64,000 nt of DNA, taken from contig NC_068985.1 in the NCBI RefSeq assembly GCF_001194135.2, positions 60,334,615 to 60,398,614 of the forward strand, read 5' to 3'. Shown here one piece after another: positions 51,357-64,000 of the stretch; the stretch's first letter is position 1; every line of letters starts with the position of its first letter. The notes beneath the pieces were generated by a model. That model had not been told where the DNA came from. It ran no database searches and saw only the letters and a program-made list of their open reading frames with translations. The translations under genes were made by a program, and so were the position numbers. This DNA is from Octopus bimaculoides. Its lineage: Eukaryota.

Positions 51357-51735
51357 ACAGGTGCAGGTGTGGCTGTGTGGTAAGAAATTTGGTTCCACAA
51401 CACATGGTCCTGGGTTCAGTCCCACTGTATGGTAACTTGGCATATGTTTTCTGCTATAGCCTTCGACCAATCAAAGCCTTGTGAGTGGATTTCGTAGACA
51501 GAAACTGAAAGAAACCAATCGTATATATATATATGTATATATATAAGTGTATGTGTGTGTCTTTGTGTTTGTGTTTCTTCCTCATCACTGCTTGACAACT
51601 GCTGTTGGTTTATTTATATCCCCATAACTTACTGGTTTGACAAGAAGAGACTGATAGAATAAGTATCAGGCTCATCAAAATAAAAAAAAAAGCATTGGGG
51701 TCAATTCATTTAACAAAATATTCTTTAGGGCAGTG
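51357..51735 (+). mobile_element. SINE family B, full length
   Basis: Head AGGTGCAGGTGTGGCTGTGTGGTAAG, central (TA)n/(TG)n, and the 3' ...GACTGATAGAATAAGTATCAGGC segment. Confidence 0.85.
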
Positions 51736-51787
51736 TTTCATATTTTTGTTTGCCACTCAATTGTATTGATCAATCTATCTTTCTGTA

Positions 51788-51854
<67 letters not shown>

Positions 51855-51878
51855 TGTATGTATATGTGCATATTTATA

Positions 51879-53598
51879 TCTATTATATAAAAGTAAATAT
51901 CTTTATGTGTGTTTGTGTGTTACTTTGAGATTCAAAAACTACTGCACCAATCCTAATGAAATTTAGAACACAAAATCCAAGCCTAGGGAGAAGGGTGATG
52001 CTGTCTGTTTCATACAATTTCATGGACCAAAATTACTGAATGGATCCTTATGATATTTGGAACTTAGATTCAATGCATAAGGGCAGACATAATGCAGTAT
52101 GTTTGGTTTGAATTTGAGGTGGATTTAAAGGGGGCAAAACTTCCCATGAAAATTCATAAATTTGCAATGTTGATGAAATTTCAACCATAGGTAATTGAGA
52201 CACATCAAGAAGTATTCTCAAAGTTTCCACTTCTCATGAGGATTCTAAGACACCCCGCTAATGGTGGCCTTAACTCCCAAATTTTAGTAATTTTTTATGA
52301 TCCAAAACTAGGTCAAAAGTATTGAATGGATCTTTATGAAATTTGGAAATTATATTCTATGCATAAGGACAGATGTAATGCAGTATATCTTTGAAAGTGA
52401 GGGGGCATAAATGAGGCCCTAACCCCCATGAAAATTTATATATTTTTGCTGTAGATGAAATTTTAACCATATATATTAGACACAAATGAAGTAATATTTC
52501 TAAAATTTCAACTTCTTAGAAGTTTGTAAGACCCCTTAATGGGGGCTTAACCCCCACAATTTAGTCATTTTTCCTAAGCCCAGACAAATACTCTTGGAAG
52601 CTGTAGGGTCACCTGAGCATACATGATGAGTGTTATTTGTAATTCAATGGTACAAGAGTGTAAGACTTTACTTTGAAATATACTTAGATTGTGATTTCTG
52701 CAATGTAGTGCATAAATTGTCAAGTAAAGGAGAAGCATCTTTGCCTCCACTGATTCAGTTGCAAAGTGTTGAGTAAAGTTATTTGGTTGCAGACCTCATT
52801 TCAGTCTTTTTATTATCACTAGGTCAGAGATAGTCCCCCAATGGTAACATTGATTTCAAGGCCTTTCCAGATGATTGACTGGTTATTCAAAGAGATTTAT
52901 AGATTGCAAATTTATTCTGTCCAGTTACCTATCGGCATAGTGATCATTGGCAAACTCCAGAAATGATGCTTTCATTTCCCCTAAGCCCTCACATCACACA
53001 GTTGTTAATGTTTATTTGAGTTGGGTCACACTCTTCCAATTGCTGTAGATCCATAATGCATCTTACGGCTGTGCCTGTCACCTGTATGGTGAGGAATCCT
53101 ACACTGGGGAGTGGTAACGACTAGGGTAGGGTAGCTGACTGCTTACTGTGATCATACATTTTTTGGTTTCCAGTAGCTTTGCTCTCTTTTACAAACCCAG
53201 TGAACATACATATATTTCCGATTTCAAAGAAATTTGAACAATAGATATAAGACCCAAGTTAAAAAGATTCCCAACAATTCAACTTCTCTAGGGGCCTTAA
53301 CTCTCACATTTTAGAGCTCCATGTGCTCCACTTTTCAAGAGCAAAAACCTTTGAATAGATTTCATAAGATTTGGATTTTGGAATCTGGGCATAAAGATGA
53401 GTAGTATGGGATAAATATGTCATGATTAGAATTTTTGTTAGGGTGTGTAAAGAGGGAAAGAACCCTCATTAAAATTCTTCATCTGCAGTTTTGATGAAAT
53501 TCGAATCATAGGTATTCTAGTTCATTAGAGAAAATATAAAAGAAAAGTCTAATTCTTCAATTCCATGTGACATGAGCAAAGCCAGGTATCTCTGCTAG
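51879..53598 (+). mobile_element. Non-autonomous Helitron (~1.7 kb) with internal cargo
   Basis: 5' A|TCTATTATATAAAAG and 3' GAGCAAAGCCAGGTATCTCTGCTAG|T. The internal motif GAAATT(T)CAACCATAGGTA recurs three times. Confidence 0.7.
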
Positions 53599-53641
<43 letters not shown>

Positions 53642-54364
53642 NNNNNNNNNNNNNNNNNNNNNNNNNNNNNNNNNNNNNNNNNNNNNNNNNNNNNNNNNNN
53701 NNNNNNNNNNNNNNNNNNNNNNNNNNNNNNNNNNNNNNNNNNNNNNNNNNNNNNNNNNNNNNNNNNNNNNNNNNNNNNNNNNNNNNNNNNNNNNNNNNNN
53801 NNNNNNNNNNNNNNNNNNNNNNNNNNNNNNNNNNNNNNNNNNNNNNNNNNNNNNNNNNNNNNNNNNNNNNNNNNNNNNNNNNNNNNNNNNNNNNNNNNNN
53901 NNNNNNNNNNNNNNNNNNNNNNNNNNNNNNNNNNNNNNNNNNNNNNNNNNNNNNNNNNNNNNNNNNNNNNNNNNNNNNNNNNNNNNNNNNNNNNNNNNNN
54001 NNNNNNNNNNNNNNNNNNNNNNNNNNNNNNNNNNNNNNNNNNNNNNNNNNNNNNNNNNNNNNNNNNNNNNNNNNNNNNNNNNNNNNNNNNNNNNNNNNNN
54101 NNNNNNNNNNNNNNNNNNNNNNNNNNNNNNNNNNNNNNNNNNNNNNNNNNNNNNNNNNNNNNNNNNNNNNNNNNNNNNNNNNNNNNNNNNNNNNNNNNNN
54201 NNNNNNNNNNNNNNNNNNNNNNNNNNNNNNNNNNNNNNNNNNNNNNNNNNNNNNNNNNNNNNNNNNNNNNNNNNNNNNNNNNNNNNNNNNNNNNNNNNNN
54301 NNNNNNNNNNNNNNNNNNNNNNNNNNNNNNNNNNNNNNNNNNNNNNNNNNNNNNATATATATAT

Positions 54365-54555
54365 ATATATATAATAGAAATATGTTACAAAAACAAAATA
54401 GAAACTACACGTAGAAATGTACGGGGAAAATAAGCAGAAAAATAAGCGAAAATGCACATTGGAAATCAAAAAAAGTAAAGGCTTTTTATGAAAAGTACTG
54501 ATAGATATATACAATTACATGAACTGAAGTAGGAATAAAGGTGATAAAAGTCATT
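54365..54555 (-). mobile_element. PLE pseudo-LTR segment
   Basis: Reverse complement homologous to 21482-21620. Confidence 0.6.
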
Positions 54556-55123
54556 GGGGTATTTTCCATTAAAGTTTTCCGAAAAGTGTTAGTAATACAA
54601 ATAATATAGAACTCTTACAACTGAGGCTTGAACCAGGAATCCATATTTGAGCCATGGAGATCTTATTTCTGTTTCTTTTTGTTGTTGCTGTTGTTGTTGT
54701 TGTTACAATAGTAGAATTGTGTGGCATTTAAAACATCAGAGACCTCAATATAATTAGTTCTAGTTGATATCATTGGATGAACATTGTATCATTTCTCATC
54801 AAATAACATTTCATATTAATATGTCAAGAGATTGCTTGACTTTCTCAGGAGACACCTTACTTAGTTGGATAAAGTAAAGATTAGTGAATCAACAGAGGGA
54901 GAAAATATGATGAAATACATCTATATGGTTGGTGCCACTATAAGAAAAACCAATTTATTCTAGCATTAACAGAGTTGTAACTTGAAAACAGACTTTTCTG
55001 TGTCTCCTTAGAACTGTGAACTTCACTAATAATGTTAATAGTTTTTTTGTTCTTTATTTTTTGGAGCTGAAGTTATTACTGCAGCAGCCATTGATAGTGT
55101 AAGATGTATTATTTGAGACACAG

Positions 55124-55155
<32 letters not shown>

Positions 55156-56595
55156 ACGAGTAGACAAATATATGCACAATACACATGCACATACATATAC
55201 ACACATGTGTACACCCACACATATGCACACACACACACATACTCTTTCACTTTTATACTTGTTTTAGTCACTGAACTACAATCATGCTGGAGCACTGTCT
55301 TGATGTATGTATGTAGGTATGTGTGTATGCATACGTATGTATGTGTGTATGCATATATATATATATATATATATATATANNNNNNNNNNTAATAATAAGA
55401 CAGAATGCTAAACTGAAAGCATATTTTAATATAGATGTGTATAAAGAGGATTAAAAAGGATTTCTAACCGGCTTTCATTGTAAGGCAAATTTTCAAGAAC
55501 AGGGAGAATGAAAATGTTTTTTACAAAAAAATAAAAAATAATATATAAAAAAATAATATATAAAAAATAATAAATATACCAATACATTATATTGTCTTTG
55601 AGCTTTTAAAGTTCAATGGTAATCCATGTAGATAATTGTTAGAAAGATTAGGATGCATGGAATTGAGAGTTGAGTTTTGTTTTAAAAAAAGGGCTGAAAG
55701 TTTGTGTAAAGCAGGAAGTGTGGTGTCAAAACAGGAAGTGTGTCTAAGGGAAGACAATTCTGTGGGTTTTATACTCTTTAGTTGGAGTTCTGGACTCTTT
55801 TGTCAACAGGAAGTTTATGTCTGTTCTTAGATAAATAAGAAGTAAATTTATACGTATTTCACTGGGTAGGCGAGAGAAGGGAATATGGTCACCGAGGGGT
55901 TCGTATGTTAAGAAGTGTTTGGAATTTCTCACCACATTTGTAGTAAGCAAGCTTCTTACCACACAGCTATGCTTGCGCCTATATATATANNNNNNNNNNN
56001 NNNNNNNNNNNNNNNNNNNNNNNNNNNNNNNNNNNNNNNNNNNNNNNNNNNNNNNNNNNNNNNNNNNNNNNNNNNNNNNNNNNNNNNNNNNNNNNNNNNN
56101 NNNNNNNNNNNNNNNNNNNNNNNNNNNNNNNNNNNNNNNNNNNNNNNNNNNNNNNNNNNNNNNNNNNNNNNNNNNNNNNNNNNNNNNNNNNNNNNNNNNN
56201 NNNNNNNNNNNNNNNNNNNNNNNNNNNNNNNNNNNNNNNNNNNNNNNNNNNNNNNNNNNNNNNNNNNNNNNNNNNNNNNNNNNNNNNNNNNNNNNNNNNN
56301 NNNNNNNNNNNNNNNNNNNNNNNNNNNNNNNNNNNNNNNNNNNNNNNNNNNNNNNNNNNNNNNNNNNNNNNNNNNNNNNNNNNNNNNNNNNNNNNNNNNN
56401 NNNNNNNNNNNNNNNNNNNNNNNNNNNNNNNNNNNNNNNNNNNNNNNNNNNNNNNNNNNNNNNNNNNNNNNNNNNNNNNNNNNNNNNNNNNNNNNNNNNN
56501 NNNNNNNNNNNNNNNNNNNNNNNNNNNNNNNNNNNNNNNNNNNNNNNNNNNNNNNNNNNNNNNNNNNNNNNNNNNNNNNNNNNNNNNNNNNNNNN

Positions 56596-56643
<48 letters not shown>

Positions 56644-57710
56644 TAGATTAATAGAGAGAGAGAGAGAGTGAGAGAGAGAGCAGTATATAGATATAAATAT
56701 ATACACATTTCTCTTGCATTCTCTTTAACCTCACACTTGCATGCAATTCCATCCCCTCACTTCTACATTTTTCTTACACACACACAATGCAATTACACAA
56801 ATTACTGACTCCTCACTCCCCCCACCACTAATTCATGTCATTTTACTTCTACACTTGTACACCTCTACACACAGACATTCCACTGCAAAGCACACATGCA
56901 CCACTCACTTCTTATACCCATATCAAAACACGTACATACCTATACATGCACACACATACACACCTGCCCCTGATCCCTCCTTAACTCCCTCCTTTGAACT
57001 GTATTCCACCTGGCTCCTAACATCTTGCTCTTTTTTTTCTCAACCACTTCCAAAAAATTAAGACTCTTTCCCTTCCTGTAAAGCTTGATGATGATAATGG
57101 CAGTGGTGGTGGTGGTGGTGGTGATGATGACAAGGATAAGATCTAGTGTTAGTTCCCCAATAAAATATACCTAATACAATCTGTAAAGCGGTTAGTGTTT
57201 GATGGAACATCTCACTGTAGAAACCATGACAAGATTATAAGTATAAACAAGAAGTAATACAGATTGTATTGAGTATGTTTTATTGGGGAGCTTATTGTAT
57301 TGGCTATGTTTTATATCTGTTAAAACTCGTCTTTCCAATTTTTTTAATTTTTATTTTTATTTATTTTTATTTTTTTTATAGTTATTTATTTATTTATTTT
57401 TGTTTTTTTTTGTTTTAGCAGTTTGGCAAAGAAACCAATAGAATAAATACCAGACTTGCCAGAAAAATAAGTACTGGGGTTGATTCATTCAACTAAAACA
57501 CTTCAAGGTGATGCCCCTGCATGACCACAATCTAATGACTGAAACAAGAAAAAGATGAAAGGGTGATGATTATATGCACACATTGTCTCCCAATTCCCTA
57601 GAAATAGCAGCCAAAATCTCCCTTAAATCACAAAAGAGAAGGCTACATTAGATAGAGAAGTTCAAGAAACCTATATGAAAACAAGATGGTCATAATTGAA
57701 ATATATTTAA

Positions 57711-57931
57711 CCCTTTCGATACCAACCTGGCTGAAACCGCTCTAGCTCTGTAGTACAATTGTCTTGTTTTCATAAGTTTTCAATTAAAATCTTCCACCAA
57801 ACCATAGTCACAATTTATGTTCATAACACCAGCTTAATGGTAACTAAGTTATTTTACTAAATTCTTTGTTATATTTAAAATTAATTGAAAGAAACACAAG
57901 GCATCTCAAAATGAATATGGTAATAAAAGGA
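57711..57931. mobile_element. piggyBac-type MITE
   Basis: TTAA|CCCTTTCGATACC ... GGTAATAAAAGGA|TTAA: a TTAA duplication and CCCTTT-type termini. Confidence 0.7.
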
Positions 57932-58065
57932 TTAATCATATGTTTGTTGGATTAGAGCTGATCTGGGACAATAAAACTTTAGATGTTTGAAATACAATGA
58001 GATATTTAAAAGAATATATTTTATAATACCGTTCTATATTTAAGAGATGAGGAATTATGTACATT

Positions 58066-58209
58066 ATTTACATTATTTATATTTGACGGATATTTGTCCT
58101 CATCTTGTTTGTTGTTAACACATTTCAGCTGATATACCCTCCAGCCTTCATTAGGTGTCTTGGGGAAATTTTGAACCTGGGTTCTCATTTCTAAGGTATT
58201 TTTTTGATG

Positions 58210-58249
<40 letters not shown>

Positions 58250-58510
58250 GGTCACGGGCATATGGCATAGTGGTTAAGAGCGCGGGCTACTAGCCCCAAG
58301 ATTCCGAGTTTGATTCCAGGCAGTGACCTTAATAATAATAATAATGATAATAATAATAATAATAACAACATAAAAAAAAATACCTTAGGAATGAGAACCC
58401 AGTTTCAAAATTTCCCCAAGACACCTGATGAAGGCTGGAGGGTATATCAGCTGAAACGTGTTAACAACAAAGATGAGGACAAATATCCGTCAAATATAAA
58501 TAATGTAAAT
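58066..58510. mobile_element. Palindromic repeat: two inverted hammerhead-bearing tails around a tRNA-like SINE head
   Basis: Arms 58066-58255 and 58323-58510 are reverse complements. The 67-nt centre has A-box TGGCATAGTGG (58263-58273) and B-box AGTTTGATTCC (58307-58317). Confidence 0.85.
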
Positions 58511-58771
58511 ATATTTTATGTATTAAACCAACTAAGAAAAGAACACAAGCTATAAAACAAAACTGTAGGCATTTCAACTGCATTGGAACAGTTAACAGGA
58601 CACATTTCTCAAAAAAATCTGAACACAAAAATATTTAATAAATTTAATATTCTTTGAGAAATATTTTGATATTAAAATAAAAAGTGAGCTATTTATTAAA
58701 TATTTGCAAGTAATAAAGTTGATTTATATTAGATGTAATGATATATAAAGGATGGAATATTGTTTTATATA

Positions 58772-58990
58772 CAGGCACAGGTGAGGCTGAGGGTTTAAGG
58801 AGCTTACATCCCAAACACATGGCTTTGGGCTCAGTCCTACAACATGGCACATTGGGCAAGTGTCTTCCACTATAGTCTTGGATTGATCAAAGCCTTGCAA
58901 GTAGATTTGGAAGACAGGAACAGAAAGAAGTGTTGTGTGTGTGTGTACATGTGTTTGTGTGTGTAACTTTGTCTAGATATCACATGATGG
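58772..58990 (+). mobile_element. SINE family B, decayed
   Basis: AGGCACAGGTGAGGCTGAGGG...CTCAGTCCTAC...GGGCAAGTGTCTTC head. Confidence 0.7.
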
Positions 58991-59689
58991 TTGTAAATGA
59001 GCATCTTCATCATATAAGCAATGTTGTTCTTTCCCAATATTCTGTGAAAAACATGTCAGGCTATCATCATCATCATCATCATCCTCATCTTTTAACATCT
59101 GTTCTCCATGCTGAAGGAAGTTGGCCATTTGTCTATTTTGGCATGGTTTCAATGGCTGGATGTCCTTCTTAACACCAACCACTTTACAGAGTGTACTAGG
59201 TGCTTATATGTGGCACCAGCATAGGCGTTTTTATGTGGCGTTGGCATGGGCACTTTTATGTGGCACTAGCACCCACTCTCTTGGCTGAGAATGGGATGTA
59301 GAAGATATGCCTGTGTGCATGGACAGTTCCAATTTTATTAAACTTGGCATATCTTCTCAAGCACAGCAAACCACCAGAAGTCCTTATGAAGAAATATAAC
59401 CTTGCTAGGAAACAGGTGAGGGTTGGTGACAGGAAAGGCATCCAACTGTAGAAATATGCTTCAATAAATTCCATCTAACCCATGTAAGCATTGAAAAGCG
59501 GACACTAAATGACGATGAAGATTTTATCTTCTATTTGATATTTTACCTTCTATTTGATATTTCTAATACAGTACTGGAGATCAATATTTTGTCAATTTAT
59601 GGAATCTTTACTTGAAAAAAAAAAAGGTTTAAATTGTTGCATTATATGGTGTCTTTTACCTTTCCTCTTTTATCTTTAACTTATTTCAA

Positions 59690-59926
59690 TCACTAGACTG
59701 TGACCATGCTATGACACCACTTTATAGAATTTTAGTCAAATGAATTGACCCTAGTACTTATATGTTCTGCTTTTTTGTAAGCTTAGTACTATTTTTTTTA
59801 ATCTCTTTTGCTGAACTGCTAAGTTATGGGGATGTAAACACACCTACTATGGTTGTCAAGCAATAGTGGGGAGAAAAACAGACACACACACAAACACACA
59901 CACACACATACGTGAATACACACACG

Positions 59927-59963
<37 letters not shown>

Positions 59964-60165
59964 TCTTTTATTCTTTTATGTATTTCAGCCCAAAGCCTGT
60001 GGCTGTGCTGGAGCAACAGTCGGCTTCTTTGAATTTCTGCTTTCCAAACCCACTCACAAGGCTATATATAGTAGAAGGCACTTGCCCAAAGTGCCACACA
60101 ATGGGTCTGCATCTACAACCATGTGATTGGGAAGCAAACTTCTTACCACACAGCCATGCCTGTAC
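59690..60165 (-). mobile_element. SINE family B, full length
   Basis: The head ...CTTACCACACAGCCATGCCTGTACCT at ~60165, central (CA)n, and the 3' part at ~59690. Confidence 0.8.
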
Positions 60166-60469
60166 CTAACCACAGCTGCACATAACCTTAGCTGCACCTG
60201 TAGTAGCTCTATTTTCAAAAAAGATAACAACAAATGTATCTGATGGTGCCATCCAGAAGGCTTTAGTCTCAGTTTTACTAAACATTCTTGCTAACATCTA
60301 CCCACACCCTCTTCTCCTACCTTGCCTGTGCATGCACCAGTTCTACAACCTAGATCTTGCACCTGGCCGTAATCATGCAGTAACTCTACTTCTACTGTGT
60401 TGCTACTAACCCTTTAACATTCCTTCTCTCCAGACCCTTTATATTCTCATTTCCATTCTTGTGCCCAGA

Positions 60470-60657
60470 ATGCTGGCAGAATTGTTAGCACACGGGGCAG
60501 AATGCTTAACAGCATTTCATGTATCTCTACATTCTGAGTTCAAATTCTGTTGGGATTGACCTTGCCTTTCATCTTTCCAGGGTTGATATAATAAGAACCA
60601 GTTGAGCACTGGGGTCAATGTAATCAACTTGCTGGCCTTGAGCCAAAATTTGAAACC
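60470..60657 (+). mobile_element. SINE family A with (CTT)n(TTA)n tail
   Basis: GCTGGCAGAATTGTTAGCAC...TTCTGAGTTCAAATTC...GCCAAAATTTGAAACC. Confidence 0.8.
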
Positions 60658-60659
60658 GT

Positions 60660-60693
60660 TCTTCTTCTTCTTCTTCTTCTTCTTCTTCTTCTT

Positions 60694-60783
<90 letters not shown>
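60660..60783. repeat. Compound (CTT)n-(TTA)n microsatellite
   Basis: Directly visible. Confidence 0.95.
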
Positions 60784-60786
<3 letters not shown>

Positions 60787-61741
60787 TAGTTTCATTTTTA
60801 TAACGTGCTTTCACTTCACTACCGAGCGCAGCTCTGTGTACCTTGGGTATGTGCTGTGATGCTCTTATGGTTACTGTATTGAAAGTGTTTTGTGTAGGAT
60901 GTGTGCAGTGCCCAGTAGTGCAATTTTCTGTATGTTATATATACTTGTAAGTCCTGGTGTTTTTGTTATGTATTTGTCCGAAAATTTTTTTATTATACCT
61001 AAAGCACCTACTATGATAGGAATTATTTCTGTCTTTAGATTCCACATTCGAGTTACCTCTATTTCCAGGTCTTTGTATTTTGAAAGTTTCTCCATTTCTT
61101 TTAGGGAAACGTTGTCATCTGCTGGTATTGATACATCAATTAGAAAGCATTATTTTCCTTCATGATCTTTGACAACTATATCTGGTCTATCGGCCTTAAT
61201 TTCTCTATCTGTGTGTATTGGCATATCCCAGAGTATGGTTGCTTTCTTGTTTTCTGTGACCTTTTCTGGCCTATGTTTATACCATCTTTTTTCTGTTGTT
61301 ATTCCATAGTGTGGGCATAGCTTCCAGTGTACATAGGTCCCAGCTCTGTCATGTCTGTGAATATATTCCTTCTTAGCCAGGACTGGGCAGCCAGAGATAA
61401 TATGATTTATTATTTCTTGTCCATTGCCACATATTCTGCAGTTACTTGTTATGTTTCTTTTCATTATATGTTTTTGGTAATTTCTGGTGGGGAGGCTTTG
61501 GTCTTGTGCAGCAATTAAAAATCCTTCAGTCTCTGCTTTGAGTCCTGAGCTTCTCAACCATTGCTGGGATTATTCTCTGTCTATTTTTTTTGCATTTAGT
61601 TTAGCTCAGTATTTACCATGTAGGGACTTTTCTTGCCATCGTTTTATCATGGTCCGTTGGTGTTCTAGTTTTAGTTTGGATTTCATTTGTTTTATAGCTT
61701 TTGTTGTTTCTTCTTCTTCTTCTTCGTATTTGTTAGGTAGT
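60784..61741 (-). mobile_element. R4/Dong-type RLE non-LTR retrotransposon 3' half (5' part in gap)
   Basis: GLKAETEGFLIAAQDQ, CCHC CRICGNGQEIINHIISGC, and RLE RPDIVVKD...IDVSIP...EKLSKYKDL...IIVGALG, with only a few disruptions. Flanked by (TTA)n at 60723-60783 and 62545-62648. Confidence 0.9.
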
Positions 61742-62544
61742 NNNNNNNNNNNNNNNNNNNNNNNNNNNNNNNNNNNNNNNNNNNNNNNNNNNNNNNNNNN
61801 NNNNNNNNNNNNNNNNNNNNNNNNNNNNNNNNNNNNNNNNNNNNNNNNNNNNNNNNNNNNNNNNNNNNNNNNNNNNNNNNNNNNNNNNNNNNNNNNNNNN
61901 NNNNNNNNNNNNNNNNNNNNNNNNNNNNNNNNNNNNNNNNNNNNNNNNNNNNNNNNNNNNNNNNNNNNNNNNNNNNNNNNNNNNNNNNNNNNNNNNNNNN
62001 NNNNNNNNNNNNNNNNNNNNNNNNNNNNNNNNNNNNNNNNNNNNNNNNNNNNNNNNNNNNNNNNNNNNNNNNNNNNNNNNNNNNNNNNNNNNNNNNNNNN
62101 NNNNNNNNNNNNNNNNNNNNNNNNNNNNNNNNNNNNNNNNNNNNNNNNNNNNNNNNNNNNNNNNNNNNNNNNNNNNNNNNNNNNNNNNNNNNNNNNNNNN
62201 NNNNNNNNNNNNNNNNNNNNNNNNNNNNNNNNNNNNNNNNNNNNNNNNNNNNNNNNNNNNNNNNNNNNNNNNNNNNNNNNNNNNNNNNNNNNNNNNNNNN
62301 NNNNNNNNNNNNNNNNNNNNNNNNNNNNNNNNNNNNNNNNNNNNNNNNNNNNNNNNNNNNNNNNNNNNNNNNNNNNNNNNNNNNNNNNNNNNNNNNNNNN
62401 NNNNNNNNNNNNNNNNNNNNNNNNNNNNNNNNNNNNNNNNNNNNNNNNNNNNNNNNNNNNNNNNNNNNNNNNNNNNNNNNNNNNNNNNNNNNNNNNNNNN
62501 NNNNNNNNNNNNNNNNNNNNNNNNNNNNNNNNNNNNNNNNNNNN

Positions 62545-62638
<94 letters not shown>

Positions 62639-62650
62639 CATTATTATTAA

Positions 62651-63090
62651 AGGTGGTGAGCTGGCAGAATCATTAGCAAGCCTGACAAAATGCTTAGTGG
62701 CATTTCATCTATCTTTATGTTTTGAGTTCAAATTCTGCCAAGGTTGACTTGCCTTTCATCTTTTCTGGGTCAATAAAGTAAGTACCAGTTGAGTACTGGG
62801 TCAATGTAATTGACTTACCCTCTCTTGCAAATTTCAGGCCTTATGCCTTTAGTAGAAAGGATTATTATTATTATGGTAGCGAGCTGGCAGAATCATTAGT
62901 GCACTAGGCAAAATGCTTAGCAGCATTTCATATGTCTCTATATACTGAGATCAAATGCCAGTGGGATCAACTTTGCTTTTCATCCTTTCAGGATCAATAA
63001 AATATAAAGTAAGTACCAGTTGAGCACTGCAGTTAATGCAATAGACTTACCCCATCCCTCAAAATTGGTGGCCTTGTGCCAAAATTTGAA
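62651..63090 (+). mobile_element. Head-to-tail dimer of SINE family A
   Basis: Two copies (62651-62860, 62875-63090) separated by a short (TTA)n. Confidence 0.85.
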
Positions 63091-64000
63091 ATCATTCTTT
63101 TATTCAGAATATTAAGACCACTATATTTCGGCAATGCAGAATCCCCTCTACATCTTCTGTGGTGGATATATATATGACATTACTGTATAATACATTCTGC
63201 TATGATATTTCTGTGTTTTCATTTTTTACTTAATGTTTTCCCCTTTAATTGCTTTATACATTTATACATACATACATACATACATATATANNNNNNNNNN
63301 NNNNNNNNNNNNNNNNNNNNNNNNNNNNNNNNNNNNNNNNNNNNNNNNNNNNNNNNNNNNNNNNNNNNNNNNNNNNNNNNNNNNNNNATATATATATATA
63401 TATACACATACACACACACATACATACATACATACATACATACATACATACATACATACATACATACATACATACATGCATACATACATACATACTGCAT
63501 TCAAAATTTGTTATTTTTATACATAGATGTGATTGTATTATGTATTTTCCTTTATAGAATTTCATTGGAATACATTTCAATTTATAGCCTGATGTCAATG
63601 GAAAAATAGGTTTCATGTCACAGATTTTCATGTTATGGCAAAATTTTCAGGAATACTGTGTTTCCATAACACAGTAGAGATATTTGTATATTTCAATGTA
63701 GTTTGAAATGAACAAAACCCATAAAATACCTTGTGATGTTTATATCTCCCTTTAAGTTAATATTTACTTAGTAACTGGTATCTTATTAGACTTATAAAAT
63801 AAGTACCAGACAAATACTCTGGCTGATATATAATCATTCAAACCCCTTGTAAATGGTGCCCCAATAATAGCTGCCCTTCTAGACTTGCTGGACCACATCT
63901 CACTCATACATATAATCTTGTCATGGTTTCTACAGAGAGATGTTCCAATTAACACTAACGACTTTACAAATTGTATCAGGCATATTTTATTCAGTAACTA

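Noticed and set aside
58256-58322. Possible genuine tRNA gene
   Set aside because: A and B boxes are present but there is no closing acceptor stem or T-run terminator, and it is embedded in a repeat, so it is a SINE head.
12645-63631. Many long ORFs in the track ([12 protein letters not shown], poly-X, poly-N/K/L/F)
   Set aside because: They are translations of microsatellites or run through N gaps and carry no coding signal.

Overview
This is AT-rich, microsatellite-dense eukaryotic DNA with many N gaps. The SINE families, the RTE-type (GAT)n tails and the overall repeat landscape fit a coleoid cephalopod (Octopus-like) draft assembly; that assignment is from recall, not a database search. 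There is no intact long protein-coding ORF, rRNA, true tRNA or CRISPR array. Most of the window is decayed mobile DNA: RTE and CR1/L2 LINEs, R4/Dong-type RLE retrotransposons sitting in (TAA)n tracts, Penelope-like elements (PLEs), Helitrons, Tc1/mariner elements and MITEs, a piggyBac-like MITE, and many tRNA-derived SINEs. Two CpG-rich islands (~2.8-3.2 kb and ~16.35-16.74 kb) look like promoters or first exons. The most interesting signals are (i) PLE-type minimal hammerhead ribozyme relics, one in an intron-like spacer and one pair in a palindromic element built around a tRNA-like head, (ii) a ~46-bp hairpin in which a candidate exon pairs with the sequence just past its own 5' splice site, a possible ADAR editing or splicing structure, and (iii) strand-consistent targeting of (TAA)n by Dong-like elements. 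Element boundaries are approximate unless motifs are quoted.
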